Assembly (NCBI GenBank): GCA_030590505.1
Contig: JAUUYH010000043.1
Location: 1-15,242, forward strand
Source of the DNA: Kiritimatiellota bacterium
Lineage (GTDB): Bacteria > Verrucomicrobiota > Lentisphaeria > Victivallales > JAADHT01
Length of the DNA: 15,242 nt
Direction of reading: 5' to 3'
In this document: positions 1 through 7,967 of the stretch, piece after piece
Layout of the letters: each line of letters begins with the position of its first letter
Position numbering within the stretch: the first letter of the stretch is position 1
Notes under the pieces: generated by a model
Databases searched by the model: none
What the model was told of the DNA's origin: nothing
The model's input: the letters and a program-made list of their open reading frames with translations, nothing else
Translations under genes and position numbers: made by a program

Positions 1-197
1 GCATAACCGTCTCGGTTGTGAATTCGCTCGGAGGCGTCTCGCCTCCAACGAAGTATAAAAGTGAATAAGGAAATCCAAGAAAATGGCAATAAATCAAGCC
101 TTATAGGCGGTTCTTTTTCTTCTCTTTTAGGTTTTTTTAGCTTTTGCTATTTGCGTTGGGACAACGCAAGCTACTAAAGACTCGCAACCTTGGGGGT

Positions 198-1370
198 TTA
201 ATCTGATTTTTTGTGTCTGATTTGATCAAGTGTTACTGCTGCAACAATAATGGCACCAGTTACAATTTCCTGAACATAGTTTCTAAGGCCAAGAACAGTA
301 CATCCTTTGTAAACAATCATGATTATGAGCGTACCAATAATGGTACCGCCTATTCCTCCCACACCTCCACTGAGACTTGCGCCTCCTATAACAACGGAAG
401 CGATAACTAAAAGTTCTGTTCCTATATCAGTAGTCGGATCCCCCATGCCAAGCCATGAGAATCTCAGTACTCCTGCAATTCCGCCACATCCAATCGCAAC
501 TAGATATGTAAGTATTTTAGTTTTTTCTACATTTATCCCACACAATTTTGCCGTATTTTCGTTGGAACCAACAGCATAGATATGACGTCCAAAACGGGTA
601 AATTTCAGCATAAGTCCAATCAATATAGCGAGTATTATCCAGATCCATACACCAGGCATTGGTAGAGTAGTATCTCCTATTTTGATATCTCTCATCAAGT
701 TACTTATCCATATTGCCTCACCATTCACCTCATTAACATCTACATAGACTGACGACCCTCCAGCAATCCATTTTGCAGCGCCCCTAAGCGATGCCCATAG
801 CCCGAGCGTTACAATAAACGGTGGAAGTGGAGTCTTTTTGAGAGTAACATTGTTAAGAAACCACAAGCCTACACCTGCAACGATACCGATGGGAATACAT
901 AGGTAGAGAGATAATCCTGTTCCTGTTTTAAGCCAGTAAATAACAAGAAACCCCATGATGATAGCGACTACTCGTCCAATATAACCAACTACAGATGATC
1001 CTATAATTATACCAACTAGGATACCAAAAAGGACTCCTCCTGCAGCAGCACAAATAGGCCACAGCACGGGGTATTGCTCAATAAGATAGCCATCTGCTGT
1101 TTTAAAATTGAACATTTGCGCTATAACAATAGTCACTGCGGCAATAGTACACCCTACCGAGAGGTCAATTCCACCGGTAATAATAACCAGCGTAGCGCCA
1201 AGGGCTGCAATTCCCACAATAACAGAGAGCATGAGAATATCGTTCATTGTTCCCCATTGACAGAACTCCTTTCCTCCAAGTATAGCAAACAGTCCAAAGA
1301 CAAATATCAGTGCGATAAATGGCCCTGCCTTGCCAACTATTTTTCCTATTTTTTCGATTTGTGCTTTCAT
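198..1370 (-). CDS. Sugar ABC transporter permease (RbsC/AraH-like, BPD_transp_2 family)
   Basis: 390-aa ORF, hydrophobic and multi-spanning throughout, Gly/Ile/Ala-rich as in ribose/xylose-type ABC permeases. AAGGA Shine-Dalgarno (SD) sequence 5-8 nt upstream of ATG at 1370. Last gene of a minus-strand cluster: binding protein, ATPase, permease. Confidence 0.85.
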   Translation of the reverse strand: MKAQIEKIGKIVGKAGPFIALIFVFGLFAILGGKEFCQWGTMNDILMLSVIVGIAALGATLVIITGGIDLSVGCTIAAVTIVIAQMFNFKTADGYLIEQYPVLWPICAAAGGVLFGILVGIIIGSSVVGYIGRVVAIIMGFLVIYWLKTGTGLSLYLCIPIGIVAGVGLWFLNNVTLKKTPLPPFIVTLGLWASLRGAAKWIAGGSSVYVDVNEVNGEAIWISNLMRDIKIGDTTLPMPGVWIWIILAILIGLMLKFTRFGRHIYAVGSNENTAKLCGINVEKTKILTYLVAIGCGGIAGVLRFSWLGMGDPTTDIGTELLVIASVVIGGASLSGGVGGIGGTIIGTLIIMIVYKGCTVLGLRNYVQEIVTGAIIVAAVTLDQIRHKKSD

Positions 1371-1387
1371 TTGTTCCTTTTTTTACG

Positions 1388-1460
1388 ACTCTTAATCTTT
1401 ATATTAATTCTACTCTTAATCCTTATTCAGGAAAAATAGAGTAAAATTAAGAGTTTTTTA
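1388..1460 (-). promoter_or_regulatory. ATPase-permease intergenic region: direct 10-mer repeat ACTCTTAATC (1388-1397, 1412-1421) plus inverted copy ATTAAGAGT (1446-1454), followed by T6
   Basis: Read directly from the sequence. On the minus-strand mRNA the arm after the ATPase stop can pair with either of two downstream complementary arms; the second lies about 10 nt from the permease SD. Confidence 0.3.
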
Positions 1461-2972
1461 TATATCCTCTGTTCCTGTAGCTTCCAGCATGATACTGTGC
1501 TCATCTATTTTATCTATATCTTTAGCTTTCCCCAATTTCCCCTTGCACATAACAGCTATTCGATCACAAGTTCCCAATAATTCAGGAAGATAGCTTGAGA
1601 TCATAATAATTGCTTTAGGCTTGATCCCTTTTTCTGGATCTCCAGTGGCAAGCTCATCAATAAGTTTATAAATCTGTGCTTTACTACCTACATCTATCCC
1701 TCTTGTAGGCTCATCAAGAAGAAGAATATCAACATCAGAATGCAATAGTCTGGCAATTGCAACCTTCTGCTGGTTTCCGCCGGAAAGAGCATCAACTGGC
1801 TGAAAAGCTGATTCACATTTTATAGGTATTTTTGAAATCCATGGACGGGATGCTTCCTGTTGCCATGATGGAAAAATGAAAAAAGGCTGCTTTGCCATTG
1901 TTAGGTTATCTGCAATAGATAGATCTACAGCAAGACCTTCTCTTTTTCTATCTTCACTGACCATTCCAACTCCATTCTTCCACAATTTTTCAGGGGTAAG
2001 TCCTCCCTTAATACCTGCAATTGTCAGTTCTCCTGATTTTATAGCATCAAGCCCAAAAAAGCATCGGAAGAATTCAGTCCGGCCAGCACCAACAACTCCA
2101 GCGATTCCGATAACCTCGCCACGATGAAGCTTTAATGAGACATCAACAGGTTTCGTTTTCCCTGCGACATCTTTTACGTCACACACCAGATCTCCAACAA
2201 TTCTCTCTGATCTCGGGTAAAGATCTTTAACATCACGGCCAACCATCATTGCAATAATATCAGAAACCTCAGCATCATTGGTTACACCATAGCCAACACT
2301 CACTCCATCCCTCAAAACAGTAAAATTATCAGTAATCTCCTGTATCTCTTCTAAGAAATGAGAGATATATACAATAGCATAATCCTTCGCTTTCAATTCA
2401 CGAATAAGTTTAAACAGATTTTTAGTATCATGTTGTGAAAGGGAGCTTGTAGGTTCATCAAAGACCAAAATTTTTGCGCCAGTTGCAACATTTCTGGCAA
2501 TTTCTATCAACTGTTGCTGAGCATTTGAAAGATTACCAACAGGCGTATTAAGATCAATATTTTCCAATCCTACATAGGAAAGAGCTTTTTTAGCAATATC
2601 ACGAATAGCATTCCATTTAATAAAAGGGCCGAAACATGGTTCGGTACCCAGAACAATATTCTCCATTACGGATAGATGCTGCGCTAGGGATAACTCCTGA
2701 TAAATCATAGCTACGCCATTATCTCGTCCATCAAGAGGACTTTGCGGGTTGTATGCCTTACCATCTATCCACATCTCACCGGAATCAGCATGATAAGCTC
2801 CCGAAAGAGTCTTCATTAAGGTGCTTTTCCCAGCTCCATTTTCTCCAATGAGAGCATGAACTTCACCAGCATGAACTTCAAGGCTAACATTTCCAAGTGC
2901 CACAGTAGGCCCAAAATGTTTAGAGATCCCCGACATTTTCAACCGAGGCATTTGTTTGTTTGTTTCATCCAT
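1458..2972 (-). CDS. Sugar ABC transporter ATP-binding protein, two fused ABC domains (RbsA/MglA/XylG-like)
   Basis: 504 aa. N-terminal Walker A GENGAGKST, LSGG-like signature, Walker B ILVFDEPT. Second domain has a degenerate P-loop GVVGAGRTE, LSGGNQQK and LLLDEPTRGID. Start uncertain between ATG 2972 (MDETNKQ) and ATG 2951 (MPRLKMSG). Confidence 0.9.
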   Translation of the reverse strand: MDETNKQMPRLKMSGISKHFGPTVALGNVSLEVHAGEVHALIGENGAGKSTLMKTLSGAYHADSGEMWIDGKAYNPQSPLDGRDNGVAMIYQELSLAQHLSVMENIVLGTEPCFGPFIKWNAIRDIAKKALSYVGLENIDLNTPVGNLSNAQQQLIEIARNVATGAKILVFDEPTSSLSQHDTKNLFKLIRELKAKDYAIVYISHFLEEIQEITDNFTVLRDGVSVGYGVTNDAEVSDIIAMMVGRDVKDLYPRSERIVGDLVCDVKDVAGKTKPVDVSLKLHRGEVIGIAGVVGAGRTEFFRCFFGLDAIKSGELTIAGIKGGLTPEKLWKNGVGMVSEDRKREGLAVDLSIADNLTMAKQPFFIFPSWQQEASRPWISKIPIKCESAFQPVDALSGGNQQKVAIARLLHSDVDILLLDEPTRGIDVGSKAQIYKLIDELATGDPEKGIKPKAIIMISSYLPELLGTCDRIAVMCKGKLGKAKDIDKIDEHSIMLEATGTEDI

Positions 2973-2980
2973 AAAATTTC

Positions 2981-3019
2981 ATCCCACTAAATGGGTTTCA
3001 TTCCCCGTTACTTGGGGCC
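2981..3019 (+). repeat. Copy 1 of a 39-bp two-hairpin repeat (ATCCCACTAAATGGGTTTCATTCCCCGTTACTTGGGGCC)
   Basis: About 82% identical (32 of 39 by hand alignment) to the reverse complement of 7111-7149. Both copies keep hairpin 1 (CCCA(C)-loop-(G)TGGG, with a compensatory change) and hairpin 2 (CCCC-7 nt-GGGG). Lies 9 bp upstream of the ATPase start codon. Confidence 0.6.
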
Positions 3020-3159
3020 TTCCATATATAAATTATTTTGCTAAGTTCTTAATAATAAAAATGAACTACCTCGTAAATTCTGCTCCGTAGTAGTTCATTA
3101 TTAAAAATATATTAATAGAGACTAATTGCTATCAATGAGTCAAATGCATATTTTAAAAG

Positions 3160-3191
3160 ATCCCTCCCGCAAAGCGGGATTAGGGATTTTT
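3160..3191 (-). terminator. Intra-operon stem-loop / attenuator between the substrate-binding and ATPase genes
   Basis: ATCCCTCCCGC-AAA-GCGGGATTAGGGAT imperfect hairpin with a T5 run on the plus strand and CUUUUAAAAUAU on the minus-strand transcript, 10-40 nt after the binding-protein stop. Typical position for attenuators that raise binding-protein:ATPase stoichiometry. Confidence 0.45.
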
Positions 3192-3200
3192 GAAGATGTA

Positions 3201-4205
3201 CTATTCTGCCTGTTTTAGAAGTCTCTTACTTTCCTCTGTATCAAGGTTGTCAGGCGTTAATACACCAGCACCCGTATCAATTCTTACTGGGACCTTCTCT
3301 CCTTTCAGGTGTTTTCCTAATGCACTCACTGCCTGGTATCCCATATTAAACGGGTTTTGAGCAACTAACGCTTGTATTTTTTTACTTTTCAATGCCTGTA
3401 CAGTTGGACGTGATGCGTCGAATCCGACAAATTTAACAGTTCCAGTCAATCCTTTTGATTCAAGAGCTCCGAGCATTCCAACAGTTGTTGGATCGTTTGA
3501 CGCAAAAATACCATCAGCTTCTTTGAGTTTTGCAACCATACTTATTGCACGATTTTTTGCATCTGCAATTGTTCCGCTTCCGGCAGCAAAAGGATCTGCA
3601 ATAATTTCGATATCTTTAAATGCTTTCAATGCTTCAATGCACCCAGCTTCACGATTTTCAGTACTTGAAGAACCTTCCATGTAGCGAAGAATAACAACTT
3701 TACCTTTACCGCCCATAAGTCTTGCAAGTTCTTTTCCGCCTAGTACACCGGCTTCTTTGTTACTTGTTGCTGCAAATGTGATGAAATCTCCCGGTTTAGC
3801 ATCTAAAGCTGAGTCCATTATTACAACAGGAATTCCTGCAGCTTTGGCATCTTGTACCGCACGGATAATTCCAGGTGCTTTTGCATCAAGAGGAGCCAAT
3901 ACAATTCCATCAACCTTCTGAGTTATAAACTGCTTAATGATCTGTATCTGCTGAGCTCTGTCAGATTCTACAAGTCCACCTTTCCATATAATTTCCAGCC
4001 CGTTCTCTTCTCCGGCTTTTAACGCTCCAGCTTCAACACTCCGCCAGAATGGGTGAGTTGTCCCTTTTGGAATAACAGCAATGCGTTTAAGTGCTTTTTT
4101 TCCTTCAGACGCTTTTGGTGCCTGCTCTGAGCAACCTGTTATAAAAACACTACCAACCACTAAAGTTGCTCCAAGCAACATCCCCATTTTTTTGATTCTC
4201 TTCAT
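3201..4205 (-). CDS. Sugar ABC transporter periplasmic substrate-binding lipoprotein (RbsB/LacI-type periplasmic binding fold)
   Basis: The ORF track extends to 4250, but the internal ATG at 4205 (MKRIKKMGMLLGATLVVGSVFITGC...) has a GGAAGGA SD and gives a lipoprotein signal peptide with lipobox ITGC. Body matches type-I periplasmic sugar-binding proteins (RIAVIPKGTTHPFW..., VDGIVLAP). Confidence 0.85.
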   Translation of the reverse strand: MKRIKKMGMLLGATLVVGSVFITGCSEQAPKASEGKKALKRIAVIPKGTTHPFWRSVEAGALKAGEENGLEIIWKGGLVESDRAQQIQIIKQFITQKVDGIVLAPLDAKAPGIIRAVQDAKAAGIPVVIMDSALDAKPGDFITFAATSNKEAGVLGGKELARLMGGKGKVVILRYMEGSSSTENREAGCIEALKAFKDIEIIADPFAAGSGTIADAKNRAISMVAKLKEADGIFASNDPTTVGMLGALESKGLTGTVKFVGFDASRPTVQALKSKKIQALVAQNPFNMGYQAVSALGKHLKGEKVPVRIDTGAGVLTPDNLDTEESKRLLKQAE

Positions 4206-4228
4206 ATAATCCTTCCTTTTTAAAAATA

Positions 4229-4960
4229 CTACTTCAACCGTTTCCACCAATTCTTTCCTATACCAATTCCTGGGACCTTAACCTCTGTTTTTTTATATAT
4301 TGCATCACTATTCCCCCAAATTTCAAGATGCCATGCCAGAACTTTTCTGACCCCAAGATTTTTTAAACTTATTTTAACAGTTTTCCCCATTAAATTATTT
4401 CTTGCTTTTGCATTTTCAAGACTCACCTCTGGCCTACTGAAACCTAGCACTTTAACAAGAATAGATGCAACATCATAGCCTTTGTTTTTAGGTTTTGCTG
4501 CAGTTGGAGTATAATATGAATATATTTGCCGCTCGCCGTCACCTTTCTTCTTGGTGGTAAGTACATATAGATAAAAATATGGAACTTTAAACTTCTTCTC
4601 AGTGCCTGTTTTTTTTGATATTGTATACTCTATCTCAACGGACTCAGCTTTTTTTTTGGAATCAATACCCATATCAGGTACTTTTATATTAAGAATATTA
4701 ACACCATAATCTACATATTTATCTGGAGATGACTGATCTCCCGTATTGATGTCAGTATCATAATAAGCTTTAAACTGCTTTAAATGGTAAGTTTTGCGGG
4801 TTTTGCTTTTTTCAATAACAACTTCACCATCAGATATACTGATAATTTTTACCCCAGAAAGTTTAGTGCCGTCTTTAAAAAAAATTGTGCCTGCAAGCAA
4901 AGAAAAAGAGACAGTAAGTGCTACTGCAAAAACTGTAATAAAAAACAATTTTTTCATCAT
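4229..4960 (-). CDS. Hypothetical secreted Lys-rich protein (signal peptide, no recognisable domain)
   Basis: The ORF track extends to 5038, but ATG at 4960 (MMKKLFFITVFAVALTVSFSLLAG...) has an AAGGAG SD 5 nt upstream and a classic signal peptide. Ends 23 bp upstream of the binding-protein gene on the same strand. Contains A9, A8 and T8 homopolymer tracts. Confidence 0.6.
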   Translation of the reverse strand: MMKKLFFITVFAVALTVSFSLLAGTIFFKDGTKLSGVKIISISDGEVVIEKSKTRKTYHLKQFKAYYDTDINTGDQSSPDKYVDYGVNILNIKVPDMGIDSKKKAESVEIEYTISKKTGTEKKFKVPYFYLYVLTTKKKGDGERQIYSYYTPTAAKPKNKGYDVASILVKVLGFSRPEVSLENAKARNNLMGKTVKISLKNLGVRKVLAWHLEIWGNSDAIYKKTEVKVPGIGIGKNWWKRLK

Positions 4961-5159
4961 AGAACTCCTTTCTTTATAACAAAGCGTGATCAAAATAAAT
5001 TTCGCCTTAATGGGAATAATTTTCCCGATCAAGTTCAATCCATCTCCGCAAAAAACTACAGAACATTGCAGCAGAACTCCATTATGCTTGGTCTTTTACG
5101 AAAAGTAGTAGCCTACAAGCAACCACAGAAGAATAACCCCCACCTTGTAATATAAGGTA

Positions 5160-5315
5160 TTACTCTTCGTGTTTCGTTTTAGGCAAACCTAGTACATTCT
5201 CCCCTTCCTTCCAACGACCATCTTTAGTGAGGATATCAATACGTTCAAAACGCTTCAGTACATTTCTTTTTTTTCGGATCTTTCCGCTTACTTTTAAACT
5301 TGGATGTTGTGACAT
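5160..5315 (-). CDS. Small very basic hypothetical protein (51 aa, MSQHPSLKVSGKIRKKRNVLKRFERIDILTKDGRWKEG...); possibly nucleic-acid or ribosome associated
   Basis: The internal ATG at 5315 is preceded by AGGAAAT 8 nt upstream; the longer ORF start at 5405 has no SD. Net charge strongly positive and no Cys. I cannot assign a family with confidence. Confidence 0.35.
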   Translation of the reverse strand: MSQHPSLKVSGKIRKKRNVLKRFERIDILTKDGRWKEGENVLGLPKTKHEE

Positions 5316-5594
5316 TTTATATTTCCTATTATTTACTATTTTTACTAATTGACTATTATCTCTCTCTTCCAGAACAAACCTGCACCTATAAAAAGAGAGG
5401 AGCATTAATATTAAGCAATTATTCTATCTGTCAAACTCAATATGAAAGTTTTTACTATATTTTTTCACAATGAAAGAGCAAAAATCTAAAAATCTTCCAT
5501 TTTTTCCTTTGTTGCTTTGCTTTCAGCGGGCATTCTGTTATATTCAACAAGATTTTAATCTTGCAATTTTATAGAAAAGGATTTTTAATATATA

Positions 5595-6866
5595 ATGAAT
5601 TTACGTACAGATATGTTTTTAGCTTGGAGATACCTAAAACCACGCCGCAATGCGGTCTCGGTCATTACATGCATATCTGTGATAGGAGTAATCCTCGGGG
5701 TAGCTGTACTTATTGTTGTAATCTCTGTTATGGCAGGGTTTACTGACGAATTCAAAAAGAAATTACTCGATACAACATCACATTTTCAAGTAAAAAACTA
5801 CTACCAAGGCTTTATAGATGACCCTGAAAAGGTAATAGCAACCCTAAAAAAGTGTGATGCAACAGGTGCTCCTATTGTTGAGCGACATGTCCTCGTACAA
5901 CGCGGCGAACAATTTATGCCAAAAATGGTAATTGGAATTGAGCCAAACCTTAAACAAGAGGGAGTGGAACTGACCAAGGCGATGAAATATGGAAAATACT
6001 CTCTCAAACGCGGAGAAATTATAATCAGTACAATCATTGCTACTGAATTATCATTGCGCGTAGGTGAGAAGGTTCTTATGCACTCACCTGCGAAACTCGC
6101 AAAAATGGTTAAGGTAAACAAAGACGGAGAGATGGATCTTAACAAATCACAGATTTACCTGCCGTCTGAGTTTACGGTTTCTGGTATCTACTCATTCGGC
6201 AAGTATGATTTCGATAAGAATATACTCTTTATAAATCTTGATGATGCTGATGAACTATTCGAGCTACCATGGGGGGCGGCAACGGTCATTTACGGTAGAG
6301 TCAAGGATCCCTTTAACATGAGCACAGAGATTGATGCAATACGAAAAAAATTAGTGGAGCAAGGGTATCATGTGCTAACATGGGAACAGATGAATAAAAA
6401 ATTTCTTGGAGTGCTTGAGGTGGAGAAGAATATGCAGTTTTTTCTTCTTATTTTTATAGTTCTCGTTGCAGCATTCAGCATAACAAATACTCTGATAACT
6501 GTTGTTGTTCAGAAAACACGCGAAATCGGGCTTCTAAAAGCACTCGGCGCTCAAAATTTATCAATACTCAATATCTTTCTTTTTCAGGGATTTTTTGTCG
6601 GTGTAACCGGCACCCTATTCGGAACTATGTTTGGAGTAGGCATTATCTACTGGCGTAATTACATACTCTCAGCACTGAGATGGATAACTAGACAGGAACT
6701 CTTTCCTCCTGAATTTTATATATTTAGTCAACTTCCGGCAACAATAAATTCACAGGATCTGATTATTATCGCAATTATATCCATACTTCTCTGTACTCTT
6801 GGAGGTTTAATCCCTGCCTGGCGTGCGGCTAAACTTGATCCAGCAAAGGCCCTGAGATATGAATAA
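5595..6866 (+). CDS. lolE: Lipoprotein-releasing system permease LolC/LolE family (FtsX/MacB-like ABC permease)
   Basis: 423 aa. N-terminal MFLAWRYLKPRRNAVSVITCISVIGVILGVAVLIVVISVMAGF is the canonical LolC/E start. Large periplasmic domain, then three C-terminal TM helices, ending LDPAKALRYE (FtsX C-terminal signature). Confidence 0.85.
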   Translation: MNLRTDMFLAWRYLKPRRNAVSVITCISVIGVILGVAVLIVVISVMAGFTDEFKKKLLDTTSHFQVKNYYQGFIDDPEKVIATLKKCDATGAPIVERHVLVQRGEQFMPKMVIGIEPNLKQEGVELTKAMKYGKYSLKRGEIIISTIIATELSLRVGEKVLMHSPAKLAKMVKVNKDGEMDLNKSQIYLPSEFTVSGIYSFGKYDFDKNILFINLDDADELFELPWGAATVIYGRVKDPFNMSTEIDAIRKKLVEQGYHVLTWEQMNKKFLGVLEVEKNMQFFLLIFIVLVAAFSITNTLITVVVQKTREIGLLKALGAQNLSILNIFLFQGFFVGVTGTLFGTMFGVGIIYWRNYILSALRWITRQELFPPEFYIFSQLPATINSQDLIIIAIISILLCTLGGLIPAWRAAKLDPAKALRYE

Positions 6867-7110
6867 GGATCTGCTGGGTTATTAACCTACTCTCTCAAAT
6901 CGGGAAGGAAAAAAGCCTATTCACCTGTCCCCGAACGTAGTGACGGATTATTATCATTAGTGAATTGTGAGTGCTATAAAAAATTGCAAATGTCGCAAAA
7001 AGAGTTTTGTTATGAAATGACTTTTTTCGTTCAGTCACTACCTAGATGCAAGCATAGGAGGTATATACGCTTTTAATAAAAGCTTGGCAAAATATATTTT
7101 TATATGTTAC

Positions 7111-7149
7111 GCCCCAAGGGACGGGGACGAAAACCCACCTTAGTGGGAT
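7111..7149 (-). repeat. Copy 2 of the 39-bp two-hairpin repeat (inverted relative to copy 1)
   Basis: Plus strand reads GCCCCAAGGGACGGGGACGAAAACCCACCTTAGTGGGAT. Lies 4 bp after the stop of the 7154-7567 gene, in the convergent intergenic region with lolC/E. Confidence 0.6.
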
Positions 7150-7153
7150 TCAA

Positions 7154-7567
7154 CTATCTATTAACAAAGACCTTGCGTCCAAATCTAATATTAATAAAAC
7201 AGTCTGCTCCAGCACGAACCTTTACCGATTCGACAGTATAGGGCATATATTCTGGTGCCTTGAAAGTAACTTTATATGTTCCAGGTGGTAAAAATTTACT
7301 CATATAAACATAAAGCTGCCCTGGGGATTTATAATTATAAATAATTTTCCCTCGGGAAACACTATAAAATTCAATAGTCAGATTTTTAGGTGGATTTTTA
7401 AGATCTCCGACAATCCTACCAGCTTTATTCCATGAAGAATTTGAGTGTTCTATATATGTTATTTTGTCATGACTCATCTCTTTATGCTTTGTAACACCCC
7501 ACGTTGCTAGGGGAAGATACAATACAGCAATAATTATAGAGACAAAAATAACAGATTTTCTATTCAT
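7154..7567 (-). CDS. Hypothetical secreted protein with carboxypeptidase-regulatory-like / prealbumin-like beta domain
   Basis: 137 aa. Signal peptide MNRKSVIFVSIIIAVLYLPLATWG. C-terminal PPGTYKVTFKAPEYMPYTVESVKVRAG resembles CarboxypepD_reg domains. AAGAAGG SD upstream of ATG 7567. Confidence 0.55.
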   Translation of the reverse strand: MNRKSVIFVSIIIAVLYLPLATWGVTKHKEMSHDKITYIEHSNSSWNKAGRIVGDLKNPPKNLTIEFYSVSRGKIIYNYKSPGQLYVYMSKFLPPGTYKVTFKAPEYMPYTVESVKVRAGADCFINIRFGRKVFVNR

Positions 7568-7614
7568 AATAAAACCTTCTTTGTTTTTAAATAAATTAGT
7601 AGTACAGTAACAAC

Positions 7615-7643
7615 TTGAATTTATATCGCAATACGGGTATATA
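7615..7643 (+). promoter_or_regulatory. Putative sigma70-type promoter for the HhH-cbiET transcript (TTGAAT-17 nt-TATATA)
   Basis: -35 TTGAAT at 7615-7620, 17-nt spacer, -10 TATATA at 7638-7643, about 37 nt before ATG 7680. Lies in the divergent intergenic region and overlaps a plausible opposite-strand promoter for the 7154-7567 gene. Confidence 0.4.
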
Positions 7644-7679
7644 CAACATGAAAATAAGAAAAAAGTAGAAGATTAATAA

Positions 7680-7967
7680 ATGAATAATAAGACGATAATT
7701 GAAAAAATATACAAACTGCAGTTGGCAATACGCTTAAAAAATGCGATGATTGCGAATGCACTGGAGAAGGCTACAATCCCTCTTCTGGAATACGAAAAAC
7801 CACTAGAAGGAGCGACAAAAGCTGAGCTTATGGCGATTAAAGGTATCGGAACAAGCAGTGTGGAACAGATATTAAAGGTTATAGGTGGAGATAATATACA
7901 TAATATAGTTAAAGAGGCGCCTGCACCAAAAAAAGGGAGAATGGGTGAGATGAAATGGAAATGGTAA
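7680..7967 (+). CDS. Small helix-hairpin-helix (HhH) protein, hypothetical
   Basis: 95 aa. ELMAIKGIGTSSVEQIL is a canonical HhH (hydrophobic-x-GIG) motif as in ComEA and Pol X 8-kDa domains. Stop at 7965-7967 overlaps the cbiET start (7955) by 13 nt; GGGAGA SD for cbiET lies inside its 3' end. Confidence 0.5.
   Translation: MNNKTIIEKIYKLQLAIRLKNAMIANALEKATIPLLEYEKPLEGATKAELMAIKGIGTSSVEQILKVIGGDNIHNIVKEAPAPKKGRMGEMKWKW

Noticed and set aside
1-197. Palindromes GGAGGCG-TCT-CGCCTCC (31-47) and TTGCGTTG-GGA-CAACGCAA (153-171) downstream of the permease gene as terminators
   Set aside because: Neither is followed by a U-tract on the minus-strand transcript (A-rich instead). The T-rich tract lies 5' of the second hairpin on the plus strand. 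They may be REP-like or serve a truncated upstream gene; I cannot resolve this from the window.
213-1439. Plus-strand ORFs 213-410, 319-579 and 1074-1439 overlapping the permease gene
   Set aside because: They are antisense to a well-supported permease CDS, low-complexity (N/S/T- or P-rich) and lack an RBS. They are shadow ORFs.
2949-2966. (CAAA)3 / (TTTG)3 tetranucleotide run at the ATPase N-terminus
   Set aside because: Three units is too short for efficient slipped-strand phase variation, and it simply encodes KQTNKQ.
2990-3005. tRNA T-arm-like GGGTTTCATTCCC inside the 39-bp repeat (possible tRNA gene or att-site remnant)
   Set aside because: No acceptor stem, D-arm or anticodon arm can be built around it. 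The two copies are inverted, not direct, so an integrase att duplication is unlikely.
6990-7079. 29-aa ORF (MSQKEFCYEMTFFVQSLPRCKHRRYIRF) in the lolE-downstream spacer
   Set aside because: No SD, and it overlaps no conserved feature. Likely noise in a 290-bp convergent intergenic region.
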